Virus record (IMG/VR): IMGVR_UViG_3300009030_000001
Location: 9,155 to 73,154 of that record
From: a virus
Direction: 5' to 3' (one strand)
DNA: 64,000 bases
A program made the position numbers and the translations under genes. The notes under the pieces are model-generated. The model had not been told where the DNA came from. It did not search any database and was given only the letters and a program-made list of their open reading frames with translations. Below, piece by piece: positions 54,274 to 63,580 of this stretch. The first letter of the stretch is position 1; each line of letters opens with the position of its first letter.

Positions 54274-54495
54274 GTGAGTGTCCAGACTGGAGGAGATCCT
54301 CCGACCTACACGACTCGCTACCGCTTTCCGCCCGATGATGGTCGGTGCGGCATAGGACCGAAGTTCGAGGATGAATTCGGGTTCGGAGTGCCGGTCGACT
54401 TCAGCGGCTTTCGAGATATTCCTACGCCACCCGAACCGCTCGGCTATCGATGCGACGGTTCGCTCCGACTTCCTCCAGAGGAGAACTACGAATGA
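54274..54495 (+). CDS. hypothetical protein
   Basis: RBS GGAGG; coupled on both sides. Confidence 0.4.
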   Translation: MSVQTGGDPPTYTTRYRFPPDDGRCGIGPKFEDEFGFGVPVDFSGFRDIPTPPEPLGYRCDGSLRLPPEENYE

Positions 54496-54695
54496 GCCAC
54501 CATTTGACAGACGACGGGGACTTCAAGAGCGATAAGTATCCGTGGTGTCCGGTTGGATTCTTCCCGCTGAATGTCACCGACCCAAGAGCGCAATCGTGCA
54601 TGTTGCTCTACGCTGAGTTGACGAAAGATCCAGAGTTGGCCGCCGATCTCCGGCAAGCTGTCATAAACCATCGGAAAATCCAATGCGAATCCTGA
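54492..54695 (+). CDS. hypothetical phage protein
   Basis: G.FKSDKYPWCP.GF.PL...DP.AQ motif; RBS GAGGAG. Confidence 0.55.
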   Translation: MSHHLTDDGDFKSDKYPWCPVGFFPLNVTDPRAQSCMLLYAELTKDPELAADLRQAVINHRKIQCES

Positions 54696-55183
54696 TCCTA
54701 TCGTTCATCGTGTGCTGCCTTCCGTCCTGCAAAATGGTCGGTGCGCTGTTGCAGAATCAGGACAGCATCCAAACGGTGATCGGTGGAGTGGCGAAGCTCG
54801 CCGAGGTGTACGAAGCGGGCGAGAAGAAGTTCGCTGAGTTGAAGAAGACGTTCGATTCAAGCAACGAGGATACGGCGGCGAAGCTCGCTGCGGTCGTCGG
54901 TGGCATGTCGGCGTTGAAGGGGTCATGGGACACCTACCAGAAGGCGAAGCAGGATGCTGACGCAGACGGCGACGGCGAAACGTCAATGGACGAGTGGATG
55001 AGGTATCTGCTCGCTGCTGGCGTTGGTGGCGGCGGCCTTGGTGCGGTAGCCAAGATGTTCGGTCAGCGCAGGGTGAACAAGGACTTGGCGGTTCGCAACA
55101 CCGCGTCTGATGAGCGGAAGGCCAGGATCGAGGAAGCACTGGCGGCGCTCACGGTCAAGGTCAACGGTGGCACCGGCACGTAG
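54683..55183 (+). CDS. lipoprotein
   Basis: MRILILSFIVCCLPS-C; EF-hand-like DADGDGETSMDE; Gly-rich hydrophobic segment. Confidence 0.6.
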   Translation: MRILILSFIVCCLPSCKMVGALLQNQDSIQTVIGGVAKLAEVYEAGEKKFAELKKTFDSSNEDTAAKLAAVVGGMSALKGSWDTYQKAKQDADADGDGETSMDEWMRYLLAAGVGGGGLGAVAKMFGQRRVNKDLAVRNTASDERKARIEEALAALTVKVNGGTGT

Positions 55184-55185
55184 CC

Positions 55186-55395
55186 ATGCGTCGCCTCCTG
55201 GTCGATCTGCTCGACAACGACATCGCGAAGATGGTGTTCATCCTCGTGGTGATCGGCGTCGTTATCGTGATCTGTGTCGGTTGTGCTACGATCGAGGCGG
55301 TTGGCAACGCGCCAGAGGAGTTTTGGTCAACGGCTGACCTGATCCTGGCCGCCCTCATCGAAGACATCTGGTCGATCATCAAACTGTTCTTGTAG
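55186..55395 (+). CDS. small membrane protein
   Basis: MVFILVVIGVVIVICVGC. Confidence 0.5.
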   Translation: MRRLLVDLLDNDIAKMVFILVVIGVVIVICVGCATIEAVGNAPEEFWSTADLILAALIEDIWSIIKLFL

Positions 55396-55397
55396 CC

Positions 55398-56918
55398 ATG
55401 GCACAACACGCAGCCAATCTGACACCGATCCATGGCGGGGGTCCAATCGACAACCCGCAAGTCGATACTCCGTCGACTGGGTACAAATCGATGATCCCTG
55501 CTTGGGACCGGGCAGATGCACTTCAAAGCACCGATCGAATGCGCGCCTCGGGGATCAAGTACTTGCCGGAGAACAACGGGGAAGAGACCGACGAATGGGA
55601 AGCAAGACGGGATCGGACGTTCCTTCTGACCTCGTTTCGCGACGCGATTCTGAAGACCGTTGCTCGACCGTTCTCTAGACCTGTCCAAATCGCTGGCGAT
55701 GACAACCCTGACATAGTTGACGAAATCGCGAAAGACATGGACCTTGCTGGTGCAAGCCTGCACGACTTCGCTCGCGATGCGTTCGAGGATTGCGTCCACT
55801 TCGGCAAGTGCCACGTCTTCGTCGACTTTCCGAACAACCCTGAGCGTTCCATCACGAAGCGTCCGTACTGCATTCTCTATTCGCCGCGTGATGTGTTGGC
55901 GTGGCGACACGAACGCGATGCGGATGGCAAGGATCAACTCACCCATCTCCGCGTCAGAACCCGATCGATCGAAGCGAAGGGAGATTGGGGTGAGGTAGCG
56001 ATTGATCAGATCAAGGTCTACGACGCGCCACTGAATGAGAAGAAGATCCAGGGATCGACCACGTTCCGAACCTTCACGCAGCAGGAGGGAAAGGATACGT
56101 GGGTCGAGGACACGACCGATAAAGGCACCGGGGTGCTGGACTATCCCGGCATTCCGTTCATCACGATCTACACGAGCAAGCTCAGGTTCTTCGTAGCTAC
56201 GTCACCGTTCGATGATCTCGGTTGGTTGAACATCCGGCATTGGCAAACCACGTCGGAACAGAACAACATCCTCCACATCGCGCGGGTGCCGATCCTTGTT
56301 GAATCTGGCGTACCGGAAACGAAAGGTGGCCCTCGGACAATCGGTTCGGGTCGACGCATTCGGATACCTGGACCGCAGGAAGCGAAGATCTACTATGCGG
56401 AGCACAGCGGCAAATCGATCGACTCCGGGTTCAAGGATATCGAGACGCTTGAGATCAAGATGCTCCGTCTCGGAAGCGAAGCGTTCGAGCAGAGGGAGAA
56501 GACCGCGACCGGTGAACGGATCGACGACAGCAAATCTAGCAGCCAAGCCCAGGAGTGGGTGATGTCGCTAGAGCAAGGCTTCAAGAAGGTTTTCGAGGCG
56601 GTGCAGATTTGGGATCAGTTGAAGGTGGATGGATCGTTGCGCGAAGATCTTCCAGACGATTTTGGCGTGGTGGTCTGGTCCGACTTCCAGGACATCGGCG
56701 GCGGCGTGAACGATCAGTCTCTCGATGCTGGCCGTGCACGAGGCGATGTGAGTCAGCGCCTTTGGTTGACAGAGATGCAACGGGGCGGGAAGATTTCAGA
56801 GACCGTCGACATCGACGAAGAGATCCAAGCCACGCAGGACGAGATCCAGCCCCCGACTCCACCGCCGATACCAACTGTTGAACCACCGGAAGTGATCGAT
56901 GGCGGCACGGCGGCGTAG
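55398..56918 (+). CDS. portal protein (DUF4055-like)
   Basis: YLP...E.....R..R; D.DL.G.SL..F; G..HVFVDFP; PF.DL..LNI.HWQ..S....LH.ARVPIL. Confidence 0.88.
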   Translation: MAQHAANLTPIHGGGPIDNPQVDTPSTGYKSMIPAWDRADALQSTDRMRASGIKYLPENNGEETDEWEARRDRTFLLTSFRDAILKTVARPFSRPVQIAGDDNPDIVDEIAKDMDLAGASLHDFARDAFEDCVHFGKCHVFVDFPNNPERSITKRPYCILYSPRDVLAWRHERDADGKDQLTHLRVRTRSIEAKGDWGEVAIDQIKVYDAPLNEKKIQGSTTFRTFTQQEGKDTWVEDTTDKGTGVLDYPGIPFITIYTSKLRFFVATSPFDDLGWLNIRHWQTTSEQNNILHIARVPILVESGVPETKGGPRTIGSGRRIRIPGPQEAKIYYAEHSGKSIDSGFKDIETLEIKMLRLGSEAFEQREKTATGERIDDSKSSSQAQEWVMSLEQGFKKVFEAVQIWDQLKVDGSLREDLPDDFGVVVWSDFQDIGGGVNDQSLDAGRARGDVSQRLWLTEMQRGGKISETVDIDEEIQATQDEIQPPTPPPIPTVEPPEVIDGGTAA

Positions 56919-58095
56919 GGGCCGCAGGAAATCGGTCGCCTCAAGTCGCAAGAGCAGCCGCAGGCTGACCGTCAACCAGCAGCTACTCGATCAGACCATC
57001 TCCCGGGCGCTGGATCTTGAGAGCCTGAAGAAGGGGCAGGTTAGGAAGATCCTGGCCGCGCTGAACAAGAACACCTACCCGAAGATCCTGGCCGCGGTGG
57101 GCAAGCTCGAAGCGCTGGAAGTCGAGGATTGGGGAGGCGTGGTCCGTGGCGGGAACAAGGAGTACCAGCGCATCCTGGCCGAGATCCGAGACATCATCCA
57201 GGACGCCGCGAACAAGACGATCAGCACCATGTCGGTGGACATGAACAAGCTGGCGGGCATGGAAGTCAGTTGGCAGTCGGCGGTGCTGAAGGACGCCCTG
57301 CCTGTGAGCCTCAGATTCGATCGTCCCAGCCCTACGCTGCTGAGAGCCATCCAGACCAACCGGCCCGCGAACGGTCACCTGATGAATGACTGGTATCAGG
57401 AGACGTACGACGCGCTGGACCGCGATGTCACGCGGGCGATTCAGAACGGCATCGCTAACGGTGACTCGGTCCAGCAGATGGTCCGGACGCTTCGTGGCAC
57501 CCGAGCGGAGCGGTTCAAGGACGGCTTGCTGGACAAGTCGAGGAGGCACACCGAGGCTCTAGTCCGTACCAACGTCACTCACACGTCGTCGCAGGCCAGG
57601 GAGTTGACCTACGAGGCCGTGAACAACGGCACGCTGGGTGATCTGCACGGGAACCGGAAAACGCCTCAAGTCCCGCTGATCAAGGGGATCCTGTGGGTGT
57701 CGACGCTCGACACGAGGACCAGCCTGATATGTGCTGGCCTTGACGGTACGCTGTTCCCGGTCGGCGAGGGTGAGCGTCCTCCTGCACATCCGGGATGTAG
57801 AAGCACGACCGTCCCGCAGACCGCCTCATGGAAGGAACTCGGCATCGATTTGGGCGAAGCCCCCGAGGGCACCCGGGCCAGCATGGACGGGAAGGTTGCG
57901 AAGTCGGTGACGTACGGGGACTGGCTGAAAGATCAGAGCTTCGAACGGCAGGTTCAAGTTCTTGGCAAGAGCCGCGCGACGGAGTTCCGTGCCGGGAAGG
58001 TCAAGATCGGCCAGTTCACGAACGATCGGTTGCAGACGAAGACGCTGGACAAGCTGGGGATCGATGTGGTGAGGGGGAAGAGGAAGTCAGCCTGA
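56899..58095 (+). CDS. head morphogenesis protein (Mu gpF / SPP1 gp7-like)
   Basis: LVRT; WVSTLDTRTS.IC..LDG; PPAH.GCRST; RASMDG.V....TYGDWL. Confidence 0.9.
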   Translation: MAARRRRGRRKSVASSRKSSRRLTVNQQLLDQTISRALDLESLKKGQVRKILAALNKNTYPKILAAVGKLEALEVEDWGGVVRGGNKEYQRILAEIRDIIQDAANKTISTMSVDMNKLAGMEVSWQSAVLKDALPVSLRFDRPSPTLLRAIQTNRPANGHLMNDWYQETYDALDRDVTRAIQNGIANGDSVQQMVRTLRGTRAERFKDGLLDKSRRHTEALVRTNVTHTSSQARELTYEAVNNGTLGDLHGNRKTPQVPLIKGILWVSTLDTRTSLICAGLDGTLFPVGEGERPPAHPGCRSTTVPQTASWKELGIDLGEAPEGTRASMDGKVAKSVTYGDWLKDQSFERQVQVLGKSRATEFRAGKVKIGQFTNDRLQTKTLDKLGIDVVRGKRKSA

Positions 58096-58250
58096 TCCGG
58101 CGGGAACGGCGCGCGGCAAACGGCCTATTTTGATGTGTTATGGAGCCTAACTGTTTACGTATCAATGACTTGATCGCGCGCGGCGACAATCTTGCGACTG
58201 ACGCTAACTGGCGCGATGTGGCGGAAGATGTCGGAATCTTCGGGATTGCC

Positions 58251-58296
58251 TTGAACAATCCCACCCCTCCCCTATATTGATACCCGTTGGCCAAGT
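58251..58296 (+). promoter_or_regulatory. repeated sigma70-type promoter cassette, copy 2
   Basis: Identical to 27483-27528. Confidence 0.7.
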
Positions 58297-58323
58297 GGCT
58301 GACACCGAACAGGAACCAAGAAC

Positions 58324-58620
58324 ATGAAGACCAGCGAACAAACCGGAACCGAAACCATGACGACGACCACCGACGAAGTTACGAACGCATCCATCATCGA
58401 AGGACTCAACGCCAGGATCTCGACCCTCACGACGGCGCTGCAAGCAATCGCGGATTTCACAGAGAACGACCAGACCGACTACCGGGAACTGCTGACCCTC
58501 GCGAAGGTCGTCGCCCGCCAGACTCTTTTGAACCAACTACCCGAGGTCGACAAGTCGGATGGATCATGCATCGGTAAGACGTGCACCATCACCCGCCACG
58601 TCTGCGGCAAGGAGAACTAA
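58324..58620 (+). CDS. hypothetical protein
   Basis: First ORF after the repeated promoter. Confidence 0.5.
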   Translation: MKTSEQTGTETMTTTTDEVTNASIIEGLNARISTLTTALQAIADFTENDQTDYRELLTLAKVVARQTLLNQLPEVDKSDGSCIGKTCTITRHVCGKEN

Positions 58621-58678
58621 CCCGCCAAGGGGTCCGCGGCTACTCGCCGCGCTGACGAGTCCCACAGGACGAAACCCC

Positions 58679-58891
58679 ATGAGTGAGCCTTACGACACGT
58701 TCTTCATCGAGATCGACCACGCTGCCGCACCGTTCCCGTGGCTGGAAAGTCTGCCGTTCCTGCAAGCACACGCAGACCGTTTGGGGATAACGATTCACTG
58801 GAGTTACGACCGCAATCTCATCATCGCGACTCCGGGCGGAGCCAAACCGCAGATCATCGAACTGTCGTCCGCGGCAGAGAAGAACGCCTAA
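58679..58891 (+). CDS. hypothetical protein
   Basis: RBS CAGGA. Confidence 0.45.
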   Translation: MSEPYDTFFIEIDHAAAPFPWLESLPFLQAHADRLGITIHWSYDRNLIIATPGGAKPQIIELSSAAEKNA

Positions 58892-58906
58892 CCACAGGAT
58901 GCGGCG

Positions 58907-59311
58907 ATGTCTGATCTGATACGGCACGATGTTCACCTAGCCTACGTGGGCGGGGTAGCTATCGGGACGGAGTTCATCCCAACGGACGGCGGCGACTGGG
59001 TGCGTGCAGACCTAGCCATAGAACGGATCAACGAACTGAAGGCCGACCGAAGCATCCGGGACGCGAAGGCGGATGGAGAACGCATCGAACGACTCGTCTT
59101 CGAACTCGCCGACCTAGAGCGCGATCTTGCCCAAGCGCGTGATGTCATCCCCAAGCTACAGGCGGTGGTGGACGCGTTGGACGCCGGACTTCACGACGCC
59201 CCGTGCCCGAATTGTGGTCAATCTGGACCCGCTGGATACCCCGAGCACGGACCGAACTGCAAGCTAGGACAAGCTCTCGCCGAGGTCGACACCAAGGAGT
59301 TGACGACATGA
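58907..59311 (+). CDS. hypothetical protein
   Basis: GDWVRADLA; coiled coil; CPNC...H..NC. Confidence 0.55.
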   Translation: MSDLIRHDVHLAYVGGVAIGTEFIPTDGGDWVRADLAIERINELKADRSIRDAKADGERIERLVFELADLERDLAQARDVIPKLQAVVDALDAGLHDAPCPNCGQSGPAGYPEHGPNCKLGQALAEVDTKELTT

Positions 59312-59472
59312 ATAGGAAGCAGATTGTGAAGCTCTGCGTTTGCGCGGTGCTTTTGGGATGGGTAGTTGCGTTTGCGCTGTATTTCTCCGGGGTACCGAGT
59401 GGTCCAGCCGGATGGTGGGGGGCTCTCGTAACTGGGGTCGTCTTCGTGGCGGAGGGCCGATTCCATGAGTGA
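59308..59472 (+). CDS. small two-TM membrane protein
   Basis: Two hydrophobic segments; RBS AAGGAG. Confidence 0.45.
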   Translation: MNRKQIVKLCVCAVLLGWVVAFALYFSGVPSGPAGWWGALVTGVVFVAEGRFHE

Positions 59473-59725
59473 GCACACGCCTAAGCCTTGGACGTTACAG
59501 AAAAGTTCGCAAGGGGCTCTGATCCTGTGTCGCCCAGGCATCACCCAAGACTTCTTGCAGATCCATCCCGAAGCGGACGCCTACCTGATAGCCGCCGCGC
59601 CTGATCTACTTTCCGCGCTGGAAGACTATGTCGCGCTGGACGAGAGCACTCCGGGCGCAGAAGCCGAGCCAGTATTCGCCCAAGCCCGCGCTGCCATCGA
59701 CAAAGCCAAGGGCGAAGACCACTGA
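59465..59725 (+). CDS. hypothetical protein (HTPxPW family)
   Basis: MSEHTPKPW...ADAYLIAAAPDLLSALE...ARAAIDKAKG. Confidence 0.65.
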   Translation: MSEHTPKPWTLQKSSQGALILCRPGITQDFLQIHPEADAYLIAAAPDLLSALEDYVALDESTPGAEAEPVFAQARAAIDKAKGEDH

Positions 59726-59735
59726 CCGCCCGCGT

Positions 59736-60143
59736 CTAGGCTGTCATCCCGGAGGTTCCACGTGCCTCCACCCTATTTCTCCTGAACTCTTCCAACGATA
59801 CCCATGGTGGCCGTACGAAGTCCTCATCGAAGTGGCGTTGAAGATGGCACGAGACACACAACCATTGGACTGTCAACGGCTTGCCGTAGTCTTCGTGATG
59901 CATCTGGCTGTCTTCGCTGCCGCATGATTCGCATGGCAGCTTGGCTAGTAGGCCGCGACGGACGTAGACGTTGGCGTAGCTTCTGGCATTCGCTCGCTGA
60001 CGCGCTTTCGGAATTAGATCGGAGTGGCGAGTTCTATTGGCTCGCATGTAGGCTGCGTGACACTTGAGGCAGGTCCGCTGATCCATCCGGGCGAGAACAG
60101 CGCACGCACAAGTGGTTACGAACATGGCAGCTATGCTACCCAT
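59736..60143 (-). CDS. small HNH-type zinc-binding protein (start may be 60086)
   Basis: CESCG....HHEDYGKPL.VQWLCVSCH...H. Confidence 0.7.
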   Translation of the reverse strand: MGSIAAMFVTTCACAVLARMDQRTCLKCHAAYMRANRTRHSDLIPKARQRANARSYANVYVRRGLLAKLPCESCGSEDSQMHHEDYGKPLTVQWLCVSCHLQRHFDEDFVRPPWVSLEEFRRNRVEARGTSGMTA

Positions 60144-60378
60144 CCCGGATGTTCAGGTGTACCATCTGCCGCTGTCGTGAATAATCCTTAGAAGGACGGA
60201 AGCCTTGCCGTATCCAGTGGTTCCATCGTGTCGCTGCCGTGCTTGGATGCCGGGCTCGTCACAAACCACGGTGAGGTCTCGGGTAACGGAAACGAACGAT
60301 TAGGGAGGATTCCTGATTGACTTGCCCCCCTGGGTACAATGGTGGGTTCGTTTTTACCCCCCAAACGGAGGACTACCG

Positions 60379-60813
60379 ATGAGACTTCTTCTTCCCATTC
60401 TGCTCTTTCTGGCCTTTTCCGTCCAAGCGCAGTCCGGTCCTGCCACGGTTCATGACTACGGCCAGTCCTGCCACGGCGCGCAGCTTGTGTCGGCACTCGT
60501 GAAGATCGGCCGCGATCATCACGTCGCTGTAAACAATGTGAACGCAACGGTATGTGTCCTCGTCATCGGAGCCGAAGCGTTGTTTCTGCCTGCACCGCAC
60601 TTCCCGAATCACGGATGCATGATCCATGCTTTCCCGATCTCAGAAGCGCATGTGCACGTCTTCGCATCTGCCAACGGCAGAGCCGATATCAACCTCGGGC
60701 CGGTTCCGAACGATCCCGCGCTGATCGGCACGAAGATCTACATGCAGGCGACCGGTAACGACAACCCCGGGCCGAGTTGGAGCCAGGGAGTCGAAGCAAT
60801 GATCGGGGGCTGA
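60379..60813 (+). CDS. secreted protein (moron) with host-type beta domain
   Basis: Signal peptide MRLLLPILLFLAFSVQA; YGQSC...VPNDPALIG..IYMQA...SQGVE..IG; RBS GGAGG. Confidence 0.65.
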   Translation: MRLLLPILLFLAFSVQAQSGPATVHDYGQSCHGAQLVSALVKIGRDHHVAVNNVNATVCVLVIGAEALFLPAPHFPNHGCMIHAFPISEAHVHVFASANGRADINLGPVPNDPALIGTKIYMQATGNDNPGPSWSQGVEAMIGG

Positions 60814-60927
60814 TACCACCAGACCGCGGACATGGGCCAGCACGTTCGCTGGCCATTTTCATGCTCGGAGGAAAAGTAAAGGGCTAGGGGTAGCGCGTAG
60901 ACGCGATCCATGAGAGGATTCGCGTCT

Positions 60928-61740
60928 ATGGTTCTCAAGACTCGGTTGCCGAATCTAGACGGGCTGTCGCCCGAGATCGCCAAGGAATACAAAAAGCTGG
61001 ACGATGACTCGTTCATGCTCGATACCGAGACCGTCGATGGCTGGGCGTTGGACGACGTCGCCACGCTCAAGACGAAACTCGAAGAGGCGGTCGACGCGAA
61101 GGGGCGCGGCGAAGAGAAGTTCAAGCGGTTCAACCACCCCGATACTGGCGATGGCTTGGATCCGGATGAAGCCTGGAAGGCTATTGGTTTGGTCAAGGAG
61201 ATGACCAACTGGACGCCACAGGAGAAGGTCGCCGAAAAGTTGAAGGTGACGGAAGAGAACCTGCGCGCGGAGTACGAGCAGAAGTTGAGCGTGTCCGAAA
61301 CCAAGGTCAAGAAGCTCACTTCTGCCGTATCTATCCAAACTATTCGCTCAGTAGCAAGCGATGCCATCTTGAAACTCAAGGGCAACGTGAAGCTCCTGAT
61401 GCCTGTCGTAGAGGCAGTGGCCGAGGTCGTGGAAGATACAGAAGGCAACTTCACCGCCCGCATCAAGGACGGCAAGGGTGGCCACTTGATCACCATGCGA
61501 ACCGGTGAAATGGGAAAAATGGGCATCGAAGAGTACGTGACCGATGTCCTCCACAAAGATCTAGATTACAGCAAGGGCTTCGAAGGCGCGGGCCAGCGCG
61601 GTAGTCAATCATCCAACAATCGAAGCGGTGGCGGCTCAGACGCCCCTGTCGGTTCGGTGCGTGATAATGACGCCCAAGGTTTGAGCGATAACATAGACGA
61701 CATCGCTTCAGGCAAGGTCGGAGTGAAGATGGGCCAGTAG
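60928..61740 (+). CDS. capsid scaffolding protein
   Basis: L..L...IAKEY.K.DD..F.LD N-terminus; coiled coil; Gly/Ser tail; directly upstream of the capsid gene. Confidence 0.8.
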   Translation: MVLKTRLPNLDGLSPEIAKEYKKLDDDSFMLDTETVDGWALDDVATLKTKLEEAVDAKGRGEEKFKRFNHPDTGDGLDPDEAWKAIGLVKEMTNWTPQEKVAEKLKVTEENLRAEYEQKLSVSETKVKKLTSAVSIQTIRSVASDAILKLKGNVKLLMPVVEAVAEVVEDTEGNFTARIKDGKGGHLITMRTGEMGKMGIEEYVTDVLHKDLDYSKGFEGAGQRGSQSSNNRSGGGSDAPVGSVRDNDAQGLSDNIDDIASGKVGVKMGQ

Positions 61741-61856
61741 GCTGAGAGGCCGAAAGCTAAGAAAGGCGTAGAGCCGACGCGCTGAGAGGCGCGGGACAAG
61801 AAAAACTTACCCTTTTCTAACCCAGGCTCTGTACCCGCAGGAAGGGACGCCCAGCT

Positions 61857-62993
61857 ATGGCAAACGTACTCACCGACATCATGCCGAAGATCCTCGCCCG
61901 AGGGCTTCTGCAACTTCGCGAAACGGCGATCATGCCGCGGCTGGTCAACGGCGACTATTCGACCGAGGCAAAGGAATTCGGCGACACCATCGACGTCATC
62001 ATTCCCGCGTCGACCACGTCGAAGCCGGTCGTTCCATCGAACATTCCTCCGGTCCCAGACAGCAAGACCCCGACGAAGGTTCCGATCCCGCTGGACCGCT
62101 GGGAGCACTCCGATTTCCACATGACCGACAAGGACATGAAGGAAGTCGATCGGAACGAACACTTCTTGCCGGGTCAGGCAGGTGAAGCGATCCGAGCTTT
62201 GGCGAACGAGGTCAACCTGTCCGTCTTGGAGGAGTACCGCGGCATCTATAGCCTCGTGGGAACTCCCGGAACCGTACCGTTCGATGGTGGCACCCAAGAG
62301 GCCACGCAGGCTCGGAAGATTCTGAACCAGCAACTCTGTCCGAAGCAAATGCGACGTGGTGTTCTCGATCACGACGCCGACGCTTCCGCGTTGGAGCAGG
62401 CCGCGTTCCAGGACGCGAGCAAGTCGTTCGATCCTCGCGTCATCACCGAAGGCGAGATCGGCCGGAAGTTCGGCATGGATTGGTTCGCGGAGGACAATGT
62501 TCTCACGCACGTCGCCGGTGGCGGATCTGGATATCTCGTCAACAACGCCGCGACGGCTATCGGCGACGCGACGTTGATCGTCGATACCGGAACAGGAACG
62601 CTTACCCTGGGCGACATCTTCACCATCGCGGGCGACACGCAGCAGTACACCGTGACCGCCGCCCAGTCGGGTGGCGCAGCTACTTGGCCGATCGCCCCCA
62701 CGCTAAGGGTCGCAGTGGCCGACGACGCGGTGATCACCATTGTCAACGCTTCCGATCACGTCGTGAATCTGGCGTTCCACAAGGATGCCTTCGCGCTCGC
62801 CATGCGGTCGTTGACTTCCGACATGGAGTTGGTCACGTCCGGTGGCCGCGTGTTGTCGATGCAGGATCCGGTCACTGGCCTCATCCTTCGCCTCGAAGTC
62901 GATCGTCAGTACAAGCAGGTCGCTTGGGACTTCGACATCCTCTGGGGCGTCAAGCTGGTCCGGCCCGAATACGCCGTCCGCATCGCCGGATAG
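61857..62993 (+). CDS. major capsid protein (P22 coat-like family)
   Basis: MANVLT...L.....MPRLVN.DY...GDTIDV.IP; G.IGR.FG.D; NLAFHKDAFALAMR.L; DILWGVK.VRPE.AVR. Confidence 0.9.
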   Translation: MANVLTDIMPKILARGLLQLRETAIMPRLVNGDYSTEAKEFGDTIDVIIPASTTSKPVVPSNIPPVPDSKTPTKVPIPLDRWEHSDFHMTDKDMKEVDRNEHFLPGQAGEAIRALANEVNLSVLEEYRGIYSLVGTPGTVPFDGGTQEATQARKILNQQLCPKQMRRGVLDHDADASALEQAAFQDASKSFDPRVITEGEIGRKFGMDWFAEDNVLTHVAGGGSGYLVNNAATAIGDATLIVDTGTGTLTLGDIFTIAGDTQQYTVTAAQSGGAATWPIAPTLRVAVADDAVITIVNASDHVVNLAFHKDAFALAMRSLTSDMELVTSGGRVLSMQDPVTGLILRLEVDRQYKQVAWDFDILWGVKLVRPEYAVRIAG

Positions 62994-63000
62994 CGAATGC

Positions 63001-63027
63001 CCCACGCCGGGAAGTACTCGGCGTGGG
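63001..63027 (+). terminator. stem-loop after the capsid gene (weak U-tract)
   Basis: CCCACGCCG/CGGCGTGGG stem. Confidence 0.4.
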
Positions 63028-63057
63028 TTCCATCAACCACTGATCAGGAACATTCCG

Positions 63058-63261
63058 ATGCTCAAGAAGTGCAGAATCCGAAAGGGCGACGACCCGGCAA
63101 CCGAGCGTGTCGTCGATGAGAGGCAGGCCGAAGCGTACGTCGAGATGGGGTTTGAAGTCATCGAAGTCCTCGATGAGGAGACGCCGGACCCGACAGGTGA
63201 TTCGCAGGCTGTTGACATTCCGACTTCCAGCGCCGGTGGAGCAGCGCCAACTCCTGGTTAG
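63058..63261 (+). CDS. small acidic protein
   Basis: RBS CAGGA; one of three similar small genes. Confidence 0.5.
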   Translation: MLKKCRIRKGDDPATERVVDERQAEAYVEMGFEVIEVLDEETPDPTGDSQAVDIPTSSAGGAAPTPG

Positions 63262-63324
63262 CAGACCTACGCGCGCACCGTGATGGTCTGCGGTGCGGTA
63301 TTCCCCAGTTGAAAAACAAGAACC

Positions 63325-63534
63325 ATGAAGATCCCCACGACTACCGTCAAGAAGGGCGACGCAACCAAAGTCATCAACACCAGCGAACTCGAAACAGCGA
63401 AGGCTGAAGGGTGGAAGTCCGTCGAGACGCAGGATGCGAAGGTTCCCGACAACGCCTCGAAGCCGAAAGACAAACCACCAGTCGTCCCGGCAGGATCAGC
63501 GCCCGGCAGCGGATCGGCTCCCAAGACTGAATAG
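63325..63534 (+). CDS. small protein
   Basis: KKGD..KVIN..E......GW plus Pro-rich tail. Confidence 0.55.
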   Translation: MKIPTTTVKKGDATKVINTSELETAKAEGWKSVETQDAKVPDNASKPKDKPPVVPAGSAPGSGSAPKTE

Positions 63535-63580
63535 ACCGCGTTTTCTCTAACACGACCAGCCCCAGGGAGGGGCCTATCCC

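Noticed and set aside
60317-60340. TTGACT...TACAAT promoter before the secreted moron
   Set aside because: The spacer is only 12 nt, too short for sigma70
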